A stretch of DNA of 64,000 nucleotides from Ranitomeya imitator (lineage: Eukaryota). Below are positions 39,228 through 51,779 of this stretch, one piece after another. Positions within the stretch are counted from its first letter, which is position 1, and the number at the start of each line of letters is the position of its first letter. Made by a program: the position numbers and the translations under genes. The stretch covers positions 25,110,001 through 25,174,000 of the forward strand of contig NC_091291.1 of NCBI RefSeq assembly GCF_032444005.1, given 5' to 3'. The notes below the pieces were generated by a model that was not told the origin of the DNA, searched no databases, and saw only the letters and a list, made by a program, of their open reading frames with translations.

Positions 39228-39898
39228 TCCAGTACATTAGGTTGTGGTTTTCTGTTGATATTTTTACAATTTAGTTTATATATGCATTTGTTTTTGTCTG
39301 ATGGATATCTCATATTGTTATGGCACAAATTTGTGCCTTCGTTCATTAGTCATCACTCAATATTGGAGTATGTTTATTCCACTATTTTAATATAGACACT
39401 GGTTGGGGACTTTTTTCGAAAAGGTACAGGTCGGTTGGAAAGTGCTGGTTGAACAAAAACCTTATTTTATACCATCGAGGATTCTTCATTCCCACAATTG
39501 CAGCCCAGGTACCATGATATTTCCACTGAAGTGAACAATTTGCGTAACATCAGTTTAATCTTAGATATTTTGACCTTCCGTAAAATGACACAGGGACAGC
39601 ACATTGCCTAGTGAGCATTTACTGAAGTGTTCAGATAATCACATACCGTATTAAAATAAATCTTAGGAAATCATCAGAAATGTATTGGTTTTATTTCAGC
39701 ATTCGGAACAATTTATGGGTTTACAGGTTTTAGCTAGACTAATGTTATACAATTTATAGCTCCTGGGATACAAAAACTACCAGTATAACATATGTGAAGA
39801 TGTTGCACACTTCAAAAAGTAATGTTTTTTTTACATCTTAGTCTTTAATAAAGTCCCACAACTCCCGTATGCAAAGCCAAGAAATAATATGGAACATG

Positions 39899-42800
39899 TT
39901 ATACATTGTATAGTTCTATAACATTTGTGATTCCAAAAATAAAAAAAAAACAATAAATTGAATCTTTAATCATTAGATTATTCAATTTTATGAAAGGATC
40001 AGTACAGTTCAGGAGAATTCTTTTTTTTTCTGTAATCGCAATAGAGCCGCCAAAGATTGCTTTGCAGGCAGCACCAGTAATACAACCTTTAACAGAATAT
40101 TTCTTACTTGTGACACCTGTAGACACAAAAACAACATCAATCATTAGGAAAAAAATGTTGTACTAGCCATATTCTAATTACTTCATGCAGAAACATTTCT
40201 TTATTACACTATTATATGCTTTATTTTTTATTGTATCTGTACTGAGTAATAAAATGTCCGAAATACTTTGCTCACCAAAAACTATTGCTTCCGCCCTATA
40301 CTCAAAACATCTGTCCATGGCTCCAGTGCACTCCACCATGTGGTGACCCTTACATTCTTCCACAGTTTCCGTACAGTAGGCGGATGGACATAGTTTACCA
40401 TTTGGTGTTGGATCATCTGTAGGAACTGGAGAAATAAATACAATTGTTTGCATTAAATATTATCGTTTAGTTATGACTCAAGGTCAAGAAATTGTTAATA
40501 CCATTCTTTTATGTGGCCACTTCTTTATGATTTTGGTTCCAATTCTCTACCAAGTAAAAACAAATGAAGAATAATTGTCACGGATCCCTTCTCCATGGCG
40601 TCACTTATTCGTCACGTGCCTGCTCTCACACGTGAACTTGGGGTTGTGCCTGCAAGGGTTAATCTATCTCCCCACTCTCAGTCCCAGCATTCAACCTCTG
40701 TCCTGTGCTGTAATGGGAGCATAAATCACACACCAACCCAGGCCACACACCCGCTCATATGCGCTGCCACCAATCATCGAATACACAGGCGATGAGTCCT
40801 GGAACTAATAATACTAATAAAAATATGTCTATCACTCATAAGGCTCACACACCTTTTGACTATGGATTCCTTTAGAACATTCAAGGTTCAACTTGTTAAA
40901 GTTTTATACTTTAATAGCAAAAAGTTCAATGCTTACAATAAGAAAAAGGTATAAAAATACGATAATAAAAAGACATACAACTTATGCAAACAATGTCAAA
41001 ATAAATAGGAGAAAACTTACAGAAATCATCTAACTGGTAGTTTGCATACTGCTCCCTGAGGTGGGGGGGGGGATTTGGAAAACATCAGCTTCTCAGGCTG
41101 CCCTCACATGTGAACATATGTCGGAGCATATCCATATAAGAATATAATATATTTAACTGACCATGAAATTTGTCAGTAAAATCAAGGACTCTTAGGATGC
41201 ATGTGAAAAATTAGAACAATTAGAGTCACCCAATGATATAAATAATTCAAGATAATTTATTAACCAAAATAACAAAGATTACAATAATAAGTACTCATAT
41301 ACCGTAGATAAAAATAAGCAAGTACATCTAACAATAATAGATACAGCAGAAGGACAGAGGTAAAAAAAATCCCATAGAGACCCACTGATGTTAAGGTTCG
41401 ACCAAAGGGGTACAAGTTAATTGAACAGCCATGACGGCCCCCCGAAGAAGCCTACGCGAAACGCGCGTAGGGGATGCGTGTCCCTTGACTCACGGCGACC
41501 AAGATGGGTGAGAACTAATCTTATTGGCCATACTACTTGCTGCACTTTAGGAGCTGAGATATACACATCTACTTTGTGGCATGGCTGTTCAATTAATTTG
41601 TACCCTTTTGGTCGGACCTTAACATCAGTGGGTCTCTATGGGATTTTTTTACCTGTGTCCTTCTGCTGTATCTATTATTGTTAGATTTACTTGCTTATTT
41701 TTATCTATATGAGTACTTATTTTTGTAATCTTTGTTATTTTGGTTAATAAATTATCTTGAATTATTTATATCATTGGGTGACTCTAATTGTTCTAATTTT
41801 ATACAAGTAAAAACAAAGTATGAGCCAAACACACAAGCAGCACAAATCTTTCGACTCGACTATTCAATTTTTTTTTTTTGCTTTTGTTTTTGCTTTTTCT
41901 TCCCCTTCCTCCAAGAGCCATTGCTTTTTTTTCTTTCGTCAATAAAGCCATGTGAAGAATTGTTTTTTTTTCGAGGTGGCTTTTACTTTTTAATAACATC
42001 ATTAATTGTATCATGTGATGCACTAGAAAGTGGGAAAAAAAATTCCAAGTGAGTTGAAATGGCAAAAAAAGGGCAATTCCAACTTTATTTGCCTTGTTCA
42101 CTGTATGGTAAAACTGTCTTGGCAATATGATTCTCTAAGTCAATACAATTACCACATTTTTTTTTCATTTAAGTTGTAAAAAAAAGTTTAGAAATTTGTA
42201 AAGAAAAATAAATTCACTTCTATCACCATTTTTCGAGACCCGTAACATTTTAATTTTTCAGGATATGGGGCTGTGTGAGGGCTTATTTATTTTTTGCACC
42301 CTGAGCTGATATTTTTATTGATACCATTTTGGGGTAGATATGATTTTATTGCAATGTTGAGTTGGCCAAAAATGCACAATTCTGGTGTTTTTATGGTTTT
42401 TATACTAACACTGCTTACTAATCGGATTCATTTATTTTATATTTTGATAGATATTACTTTTCAAATGTAGCGATACCAAATATGTGTAGCTCTAACTTTT
42501 TTTTGTTTTATTTTTAATAGGGAAAAAGGGGGAAGGTCATCAACAGACAGCGGGATTAACCAGTCTAAGAGCCACGGCCAGAGCTCCGATCCACCAGCGG
42601 CTGTTAGAGGCACAAGATGGCTGGTTCAAAGGTGTGGGCTCCCAATGAAAGCCTGCATCAAATTCGGGGACACTACGTATGACGTACAAGTATGTCAAAG
42701 ATCGTGAAGGGGTTAAACTTGAGAGGTCTATCCGACAACAATAACTAGGTCGGTACAGCATTTAAGCCTATGAACAAGAATATTTGTCTTGTGGTATTGC

Positions 42801-43827
42801 TACAAGTCTCAGTCAGGTTACAGATCTCCTGACCCAACCAGCCTTGTCTCCTCCTAGGAATCTGTTGATTTGAGTCAGAAGACCGGTGGTCAAATAAATA
42901 TGGTGTCTATATTGTCCTGTAAATCACCACATTGACTGTGATCTACTCACTAGTTAAATATTACTCTACGATAAGCGACAATTTGTCACTCACGATAATA
43001 TCCATCAGTGTTGCACAAGTTTCCAGAGCAGCAATTTGCATAAAATCGATATATAACACGTTCATAGCGTACTGAACCCTGGAGACCACAAATAGATTCG
43101 TTGGCACAGCCTTTATAGATTGACTTCAAAAATGTTCCATCTATAAGAGAAGTAAATAGACATCATGAAACCTGAATTGAGGTGGTGATACTTTTGTTTA
43201 AAGGAAGAGTTGAGTTTTACTCACTCATGTAAATGTATTGGCAGACGTTCATACATCCGGCTGCGAGACATTCAATCTCAGACACATTACATGTGGTGGA
43301 GTTATAGGACACACCCGACATACATCTATTGGAAAACACTGGAAACAAGAGGTGACAATCTAATAATATTAAATAAAGACAGTCAAAAAGGGGGAATTCA
43401 AGTGAAAAGGTGAATATTTTAGTTGTTATGAGAACCATATTTTTCATATTTGTAGTCAACGAGACTCGAGATGAGCTTTAAGTCCCACTTGTACTTTATT
43501 GAAACTGACCCGTTTTTTTTTAGAAATATCTCTTATAGGGCATGCTTTTACTCCATAAAATTTCACAAGTGTACCATTTTTTACATAACGCACAATACGG
43601 TAACAACATCATGGCTCCGAAAAAATGTCTCAATTTGTATTTCACATTAGCAAATACTTGCTGAAAATGAAGTGGAAGCAATACATTAAAGTTGCCGACT
43701 ATGTGTATATGCTGGAACCTTTGGAGCTCGAAATTTCTGGGACTTCTAGTGTTGACGGACTTTCTCTATTCTTACCTGAGCCGACAAGAGCAGAGATCAC
43801 GCAAAGCAAAGCGACCAGGTTCTTCAT
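39899..43827 (-). CDS. Gene C: secreted two-domain Ly6/uPAR protein (same family), 226 aa with extended C-terminus
   Basis: Exons 43827-43776, 43338-43225, 43140-42994, 40425-40276, 40116-39899 (681 nt), GT-AG, phase 1, open frame. Starts MKNLVALLCVISALVGSVFSNRCMSGVSYNSTTCNVSEIECLAAGCMNVCQYIYM..., ends ...LLNCTDPFIKLNNLMIKDSIYCFFFIFGITNVIELYNV. Confidence 0.88.
40565..41803. mobile_element. Penelope-type insertion (inverted arms plus hammerhead-like motif) in intron 3 of gene C, with a nested LTR-like piece at 40576-41108
   Basis: 14-bp TSD caagtaaaaacaaa (40551-40564, 41804-41817). Gene D has the empty site near 60773. Inverted arms about 41208-41433 / 41580-41800. Confidence 0.75.
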
Positions 43828-43891
43828 CGTGGATGATTGGTGGCTTCTCGGATTCTCTTCTGCTCGTCCTGTTGACTGTACACCGGGATCA

Positions 43892-44039
43892 TATAAATGC
43901 TCTATAGAAAGATAAAGAAACTACAGTATTATGGGATAGATGGAGTCTATCCTATGGCACCATGGCACGCTATTATTTCCAAAGTAAATTATCCACTCGG
44001 CAAAGGTTAAAGTTCTGGCACAAAACAACAATGACGTGA
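43892..44039 (-). promoter_or_regulatory. Gene C proximal promoter
   Basis: CATTTATA (minus) at 43899-43892; TGACGTGA at 44032-44039. Confidence 0.6.
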
Positions 44040-44457
44040 TGACGAGGAGTCCAGAATATCTGTCAATTTGATCTTGCCAAAAAGAGAATGCCGCGTCTTG
44101 TTTGTTTTTTGGGCAACTTTTATTATCTTAAAATATCTCTAGGAAATGTATTTGAGTGGATTTATTTGGTTTGTGTGCACAATCTTCTTATTCTTGACTT
44201 CTCTTTCAGAACTAAATTTCCAGTAGTTAACAATATATTTCTTTTCTTATTCAAACGGCGCCAAAATCCTGTTTTTTGATTAATTCATAAAATAAAGTCT
44301 GGAGGAGAATACTGAACCTTGGGAGCTACTAGTTGTGAAAGTCTAGATAGAATAAAAAGTGGTACCAAGAGAATGTAGAACGAGTATTTTATTCTTGAAA
44401 GTTATTTAAAGGTAAAAAAAAACAGCAAAAAGTCATGAAATGGGAGGTAAAGAGGCC

Positions 44458-44500
44458 ATACGTCACGTTTCAAGGCTGGACCGGTGTCTTCATCAGGCGT
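44458..44500 (-). ncRNA. Decayed minimal type I hammerhead motif upstream of gene C
   Basis: CTGATGA-A...GAAA core is present, but stems I-III are disrupted and U16.1 is A. Paralogous to 63715-63757. Confidence 0.5.
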
Positions 44501-45187
44501 CATAATATTAATTCGTAGAATACTTATAAAGGGGTTGGAGCTGTTTTACTGATCCATAGCTTAGAAAGGGTTTATCTATTGTAGTGATTGTGAGATTGTT
44601 CCATTGTTATTTCATTTTTTGCATTATTTCAAACCCTTTTGTGTTGTGTTTATTTACAAAAATAATCAAAAACCTGCAGAAAATATGGACGATAACGTGC
44701 AGATTGTTAAATTTGAAAATTTCTGTTTCGCAAAAAGAATATTATACCTCTCAAATTGTTAGTTACAAAATGTTACCACCTTATCTTCTGTATTTTAGCA
44801 TTACTTTTTTTTTTCATTTAGTTTATTTTTAGGATAATTACACAAATAAAACGTTGATATTTTTCAAGACATTTTTTTCCATATGATGATGCCTGTAATG
44901 TGCTGTGAAATAAGATGGTCCCTTATAAGCAAACCATAATAAATAAACACAAAAGAATATTATAAAAATTATTTTTTTTAGGCAACAATCCAGTTCCGAT
45001 GTTATTTTTAGAAGGGTATAAAATATAAAACCATGCCACCACCTCAGAAAAAAATCACCGTAATTTAATAATTGCACTTGTTGTATTTAAAATATAATCT
45101 ATTTATTTTGTTAAACTTTTAGATTTTTCAAAATAAGTTAAGCAGTCTTATTATGTAACTATTGTTACACAAACTGCTCCTCGTGAC

Positions 45188-45790
45188 TAGTGATGAGCGA
45201 ATATACTCGTTACTCGAGTTTTGTCGAGCGCGCTCGGGGGTCCTCCGAGTAATTTTTAATGCTCGGAGATTTCGTTTTTCTTGCCGCAGATGAATGATTT
45301 ACATCTGTTAGGCTTCTTTCACACTAGCGTCGGAATCTCCCCGTCGCAATGAGTCGGGGAGAGATTCCGACGCTAGCGTTTAACGCTTTGCACAATGGGT
45401 GCAGCGGATGCATTTTTCCGGGGCATCCGCTGCCCCATTGTAAGGTGCGGGGAGGTGGGGGCGGAGTTCCGGCCGCGCATGCGCGGTCGGAAAAAGCGGT
45501 CTGTCGGGAGAAAAAAACGTTACATGTAGGGGTTTTTTTTCCCGACGGTCCGCCAAAGCACGACGCATTTGTCGCAAGACGGATGCGAAGTGTGCAAATC
45601 CGTCGCAAATGCGTCGCCAATAGAAGTCTATGGGGAAAAAACGCATCCTGCAAGCACTTTTGCAGGATGCGTTTTTTCTGCAAAACGACGCATTGTGACG
45701 GATTTACAAAAAACACTAGTGTGAAAGTACCCTTAGCCAGCATGAGTACATGTGGGGGTTGCCTGGTTGCTAGGGACGGTGTGCACAAGA
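45188..45790. mobile_element. hAT-type element fragment with a nested Harbinger MITE (45311-45732)
   Basis: Starts TAGTGATGAGCG. The nested element has a TTA TSD and TIR ggcttctttcacact / agtgtgaaagtaccc. Confidence 0.7.
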
Positions 45791-46277
45791 TTCTCATCAT
45801 TTGTGTCTGTTCTCGGACGGCTAAAATAAATTTCCAACACTAAATGCCATTTTAATTCAATGTCTGATTTATTCAAAATATATATTTGCAGGGTTTGGAT
45901 CTCAATGTTTCAGATAAAACCCTGGCACTAAAATAGAGATAAAAAAAATTGTGGACAAATCTGCGTAAAACTAAATAGATATACACCTATAAATGGTAAA
46001 AAAAAAAAAAAAAAAATAACATTTTGAAATAATCACCTTTTACCCTTTTTCTTATTATCATTTATAGAATAGAATGCAACAATAAAAAAAAAGCAATTGT
46101 CGCACCTTCGTCTATAAAATGATATGTTAAAAAAATTGCATTCATCCAAACGGCTCCTCGAAAAATAATAAATCAACAAAAATCAACATAAATGATAAAA
46201 AATATATGATTAAATAAATAATATTAAAAGAATAAATAATAAAAACAAAATGCGAAAATAAAAGCATAAATAATTAA

Positions 46278-47260
46278 CCCCTTCATGACCTTGAGATTTT
46301 TTGTTTTTCCGTGTTCGTTTTTCACTCCCCTCATTCCCAGAGCCATAACTTTTTTATTTTTCCGTCAATTTGGCCATGTGAGGGCTTATTTTTTGCGAGA
46401 CGAGTTGTACTTTTGAACGACATCATTGGTTTTAGCATGTCGTGTACTAGAAAACAAGAAAAAAATTCCAAGTGCGGTGAAATTGCAAAAAAAGTGCAGT
46501 CCTGCACTTGTTTTTTGTTTGGCTTTTTTGCTAGGTTCATTACATGCTAAAACTGACCAGACATTATGATTCTCCAGGTCATTACGAGTTCATAGACAGC
46601 TAACATGACTAGGTTATTTTTTACCTAAGTGGTGAAAAATTTTTCCAAACTTTGCTAATAAAAAAAAAAAAAAAAAAAAAATTTGCGCCATTTTCAGATA
46701 CCCGTAGCTTCTCCATTTTTCGTGATCTGAGGTTGGGTGAGGGCCTATTTTTTTGCGTGCCGAGATGACATTTTTAATTATAGTATTTTGGTGCAGATAC
46801 GTTCTTTTGATCGCCCATTATTGCATTTTACTGCAATGTTGCGGCAACCAAAAAAACGTAATTCTGGCGTTTCGAATTTTTTTCTCGCTACGCTGTTTAG
46901 CGATCAGGTTAATGCTTTTCTTTAATTGATAGATCGGGCGATTCTGAATGCGGCGATACGAAATATGTGTAGATTTGTTTTTTTTTATTGATTTATTTTG
47001 ATTGGGGCGAAAGGGAGGTGATTTAAACTTTTATATTTTTTATATTCTTTCCACATTTTTTTTTTACTTTTTTTTTAACTTTTGCCATGCTTCAATAGCC
47101 TCCATGGGAGGCGATTCTGCCCGCGCCTATTATGGGCACATGTCAGCTGTTCAAAACAGCTGACATGTCCCGGCTTTGATGCGGGCTCACCGCCGGAGCC
47201 CGCATCAAAGCGGGGCTTCTGACTTCGGACGGTACTATCCCGTCCGAGGTCAGAAAGGGG
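46278..47260. mobile_element. TTAA-flanked (Kolobok-like) non-autonomous element
   Basis: TTAA|CCCCTT ... AAGGGG|TTAA. The body is the reverse complement of the family at 29107-30734. Confidence 0.85.
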
Positions 47261-47862
47261 TTAAATAATAAAAAAAAAATGAAAAAAAAAATAATACCAA
47301 TGAAAGCTTCAACTTATCAGACAAAAAGCCAAGCTTTCACACTGCTCCATCCTCTGAAAAATGAAAAAAAAAAAAAAGTTTTGGATGTCTGAAAATAGAA
47401 ATAGAAAAACAATTTTTAAAAGTTATTTTATTATGCAAAAGTAGCAAAATATTTAATATATGTTTGTTATATATAAAAATGATCACCAACATAGTAAAAT
47501 ATTTAAAATAAAACAAACAAAAAGAAAAAGACCATGTAAAATTGTTGTCTCTCTTTTCCAAAGTTTCTCAACACAATTGAGTGCAATTACAAGAAAAATA
47601 ACAAGCTTTCATAAAGCTCATGAAATCTCGTTTTTAATGGTCTTACCATGTAATAAAAAAGACACGGACAGTAAATGATGTATACAAATTTTGTCCTGCA
47701 AGAGATGAAATCAGTAACACTGTGTGAGACTGTTCTTATACGCAAAGGGTTAGTTGCAATATGCAAATAGCAACTTGGACAATTGCCACATTTGTGGTTT
47801 CCCTTTGGATTATGCTTTCTTAACCAAAGCCTTTTTGGATTCCGGTCAGACGCCTCTCACGT

Positions 47863-47945
47863 AGCCAAATCAGATCTCACACTTTGCACTGACGAGGGGC
47901 TCTACCCCGAAACACAGTGTCATCAAATTGAGATCTGGTTTGGCT
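47863..47945 (+). ncRNA. Type I hammerhead ribozyme motif within a ~305-nt tandem unit (retrozyme-like)
   Basis: CUGACGA 47889-47895; stem II GGGG/CCCC with loop CUCUA; GAAA 47909-47912; stem III ACA/UGU; GUC cleavage triplet at 47919-47921. Long outer helix 47863-47879 / 47929-47945. A second partial copy lies 305 nt downstream (core 48194-48200, mutated and truncated). Confidence 0.8.
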
Positions 47946-48419
47946 CTTATCCTAAGTCTTGTGACGGCTCATTAAAGGGTTGACATTGACTGTTAGGATT
48001 GCTACTTCCGATAGGTGACACTAGAGTTCTAGCCCTCTTCCTTTGTGAAGAGACAATTTACATATTTCCCAGAGGAGCATTGCAGCTTTAAGTCTTCTCA
48101 TCTTGGCATGTTTCACTCTCCACAAGGAAAAACAATACTTCTTGGATCCCGGTCAGACGCCTCACACAGCCAAATCAGATCTCATGCTTTGCACTGTCGA
48201 GCGGGCAAAGTCTCCTGAATACCTTGAGTGCTGTTTCTTGGCTTTCTGGCATCACCACTTTGGTGGATTAAGCCGGTTGCAGCTTTTGGGAGATAGCCAG
48301 GAGGATTTGGGAAGGAGATCCTAGGACCTGTGGATGATGGTAGTCCGACTTCAATTCTCTGGGAATTGTGGATGATGGTAGTCCGATTTCAATTCTCTGG
48401 AAATGGTGATAGCTAGGTC

Positions 48420-49770
48420 AAAAAATGGATTCAGGATTAACATCGCTGAAGATAACAAGTTGCATTTTTCTCTGGGGATATTTGGACAGCATGGTGTTTT
48501 ATGACATCCTGAACATTCAGAAGTCTGATATAATATGCCTGCAGGAGATCGAGAGGCAAGGTAGGTATGGGCTGGTGCTATCTTCTATGGCTGCTTGCCA
48601 AGAATTTGTTTACTGCCCTGAAAAATAGAATTGCAAATCCTTTGCTGGGAGGTCTTACCTTTACTGTGCTGTCCTCTAAAGGTACCGTCACACTCAGCAA
48701 CTTTAGAACGATAACGATAGCGATCCGTGACGTTGCAGCGTCCTGGATAGCGATATCATTGTGTTTGACACGCAGCAGCGATCAGGATCCTGCTGTGACA
48801 TCGCTGGTCGGAGCTGAAAGTCTGGAACTTTATTTCGTCCCTGGATCACCCGCTGACATCGCTGGATCGGCGTGTGTGACGCCGATCCAGCGATGTGTTC
48901 ACTGGTAACCAGGGTAAACATCGGGTTACTAAGCGCAGGGCCGCGCTTAGTAACCCGATGTTTACCCTGGTTACCATTGTAAATGTAAAAAAAAAAACAC
49001 TACATACTTACATTCCGGTGTCTGTCGCGTCCCCCGGCGTCAGCTTCCCTGCTTTACAGCCGGCGCTTACACAGTGCAGGGAAGCTGATGCCGGGGACGT
49101 GACAGACACTGGAAAGTAAGTATGTAGTGTTTTTGTTTTTTTTTACTTTTACAATGGTAACCAGGGTAAACATCGGGTTACTAAGCGCGGCCCTGCGCTT
49201 AGTAACCCGATGTTTACCCTGGTTACCCGGGGACTTCGGCATCGTTGGTCGCTGGAGAGCGGTCTGTGTGACAGCTCTCCAGCGACCACACAACGACTAA
49301 ACAGCGACGCTGCAGCGATCGGCATCGTTGTCTATATCGCTGCAGCGTCGCTTAATGTGACGGTACCTTAAGGGGGATATCCCACTTGTAGATTTCATGC
49401 ACAACCCTTTTGTTTGCCTGGATGACATTATTTTATTTTAAAAGAGACATTGCATTCATGCTCAATACTCCCACAGGGTCCTGATTGGAGAAGTACAAAT
49501 TTTTTGTGAGATTTAATATGGATCCCCAAGGCCCAGGAGGCATCCATTACCCCTCTTTATTTTTCAATTGGGAAGAATAGTGTTTTGTTTTTTTTATGCC
49601 CCAATGTGCTGCAGGAGGTGTAAAAATTTTGTACATACATAGGATAGCTGCAGGGAGATGCCAACTTGTTGGAATTGCAATAGTTCTGGCCATATGGCAA
49701 AAGACTACACAAATCCTGTTATGTGTAATGCTTGTGGTGAGGAGGGCCATAAGTATCGGGACTGTAAGGC
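48420..49770 (+). pseudogene. Tx1/L1-clade non-LTR retrotransposon ORF1 remnant (triple CCHC knuckle), split by a MITE
   Basis: Degenerate frames give DILNIQKSDIICLQEI, FMHNPFVCLDDI and three knuckles CRRCKNFVHT*DSC, CWNCNSSGHMAKDY, CNACGEEGHKYRDC. Confidence 0.6.
48680..49368. mobile_element. PIF/Harbinger-type palindromic MITE
   Basis: TIR AGGTACCGTCAC / GTGACGGTACCT, TAA TSD (48677-48679, 49369-49371). Confidence 0.88.
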
Positions 49771-49792
49771 CAGGATCAGTCCCTAGAGTTAA

Positions 49793-50012
49793 GGGTGTGT
49801 TGGGGTGAGGTTTGTGGTTAGTGTTATGGTTAGGGTTGGGATTAGGGTTAGGGGTGTGCTGTAGTTAGGGTTGTGGTTAGGGTAAGGGGTGTGTTGTGTT
49901 TAGGGCTGGGATTAGGTTTGGGATTAGGGTTCCGAGTGTGTTGGGTTTAGGGTTGTGGTTAGGGTTCTGATTAGGGTTAGGGGTGTGTTGGGGTTAGAGT
50001 TATAATTGGGGG
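49793..50012 (+). repeat. Degenerate telomere-like (TTAGGG) tract
   Basis: Interspersed ttaggg / ttgtgg / ttggg units over about 220 nt. Confidence 0.75.
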
Positions 50013-50851
50013 GTTTCCACTGTTTAGGTACATCAGGGGGTCTCCAAAAGCGACATGGCTCCATCATTGATTCATCTGATCTTTAAATTGATCTATGACA
50101 TTTCCAGGTGATATCAGAGGCATATATGTGGAAGGAATACCACCTGTGAAAGGTGAGTATACAATCGTATCTGAAGTAATATATGAGTCTTAGTGGTCAG
50201 TTAGACTCAATAGGAATACTGCATCACAATGAATTTGTTTTTTTATTATCCATATTGGTACTAAACCCTAACGGACCTAGGGAACTAGGAATTTCTCCTT
50301 CATGGCATGGTTGCGTAATATCTGTATTAGCATTGGCATATGCTTTACATAGATGTATTTTTCTAATAGTTTTGAATAAATCAATTTTGAAATCTGTTTC
50401 ATCAAACTTTTCAGGTAAGCAAAAATTAAGACCAATAGCAAAGTCAAATGATCTTTTGTTAATACTCGATCAGACAAATTAACCACTTCATTACCGATTA
50501 ATGTGTTATTCACGTTTTTTTCTGGTTCCCACGGTTCTTCATCTCCTGATGTGCCTACTAAAAGGTGTATTCACAAAAGTGTTCAAATTACTATTGTTTG
50601 GTGTTGAATATTACTCTGCGACACTTGAGTGTGAGTCATTAATCCAACCATCAAGGTTAGATTTTCTTTTTCTTTGTAATTTTTGAGTGTGGTTTCTTTT
50701 AGTGTTTAACTGATGCCACTTTGTTGGTTTTCTGCCACTAATTGGTGGAAATGTGAACATTCCTGTTGGGTCTACATCTGCTGCGTTGGCTGTAGTGGAA
50801 GACCTGTTACTCCCCATTATACTAATTCTACTCTAGTGAAAATGTTGCCAC

Positions 50852-51489
50852 TAGGGTTGAGCGACCTTTACTTTTATAGGATCGGGTCGGGTTTCACGAA
50901 ACCCGACTTTTGAAAAAGTCGGGTCGAGTGAAATCGGCCGATCCTATAAAAAAGTCGGGGTCGGGGTCGGACGAAACCCGAAACCCAATGCAGTGCATAA
51001 TAGGAATATACTCACCCTCGGACGCGCCCTGCTTCTTTCCGGCAGCCTTCCTTCCTAAGAATCAGCCCTTCCAGGACCTTCGGTGACGTCGCGGGTGACG
51101 TCGCGGCTTGTGATTGGCCGCGCGAGCGGTCACATGGGCGGCCGCGCGGCCAATCACAAGCCGTGACGTCAACGCGACGTCACTGCAGGGTCCTGGAAGG
51201 CTGATTCTAAGGAAGGAAGGTTCCCGGTTAGTACCAGGGCGCGACAGAGGGTAAGTATTGCGATATTTTTTATTTTAATTCTTTATTTTACACTTAAATC
51301 TGAATTCCGATACCAATTCCCGATATCTTAAACATATCGGGAATCGGTATCGGAATTCCGATTCTAGATTCAAAAGATCGCCGACTTCATGGCCGACCCC
51401 ACACTGGGGTCGGGTCGGGTTTCATGAAACCCGACCTTGCCAAAAGTCGGCGACTTTTGAAAAATTTCGACCCGTTTCGCTCAACCCTA
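50852..51489. mobile_element. hAT-type MITE (same family as 35107-36061)
   Basis: TIR TAGGGTTGAGCG / CGCTCAACCCTA, 8-bp TSD GTTGCCAC. Confidence 0.92.
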
Positions 51490-51779
51490 GTTGCCACTTG
51501 TCTGCCCCTAATTATTTTAAATGTGAACACTCCTGGTTGGGTCTCCTTCATGCGTGTTGCCTGTAGCAGTAGGCTTCAGAGATTGGCAGGCCTCCACTTC
51601 CTTTGAGTCAGCTGCCCGTGTTACTATCCATTTTTCTGACAATATTAGTCTACAAAATTTATATGATATTTGAGTCACCTGAGTGTGGCTGAGTATGAAA
51701 GCAGGTTGAGCTGTGTTACATGTGGTATTAGGGCTACCAGCACAGGAGGCATACACTGATCCCTCACCCACCTCATCTT

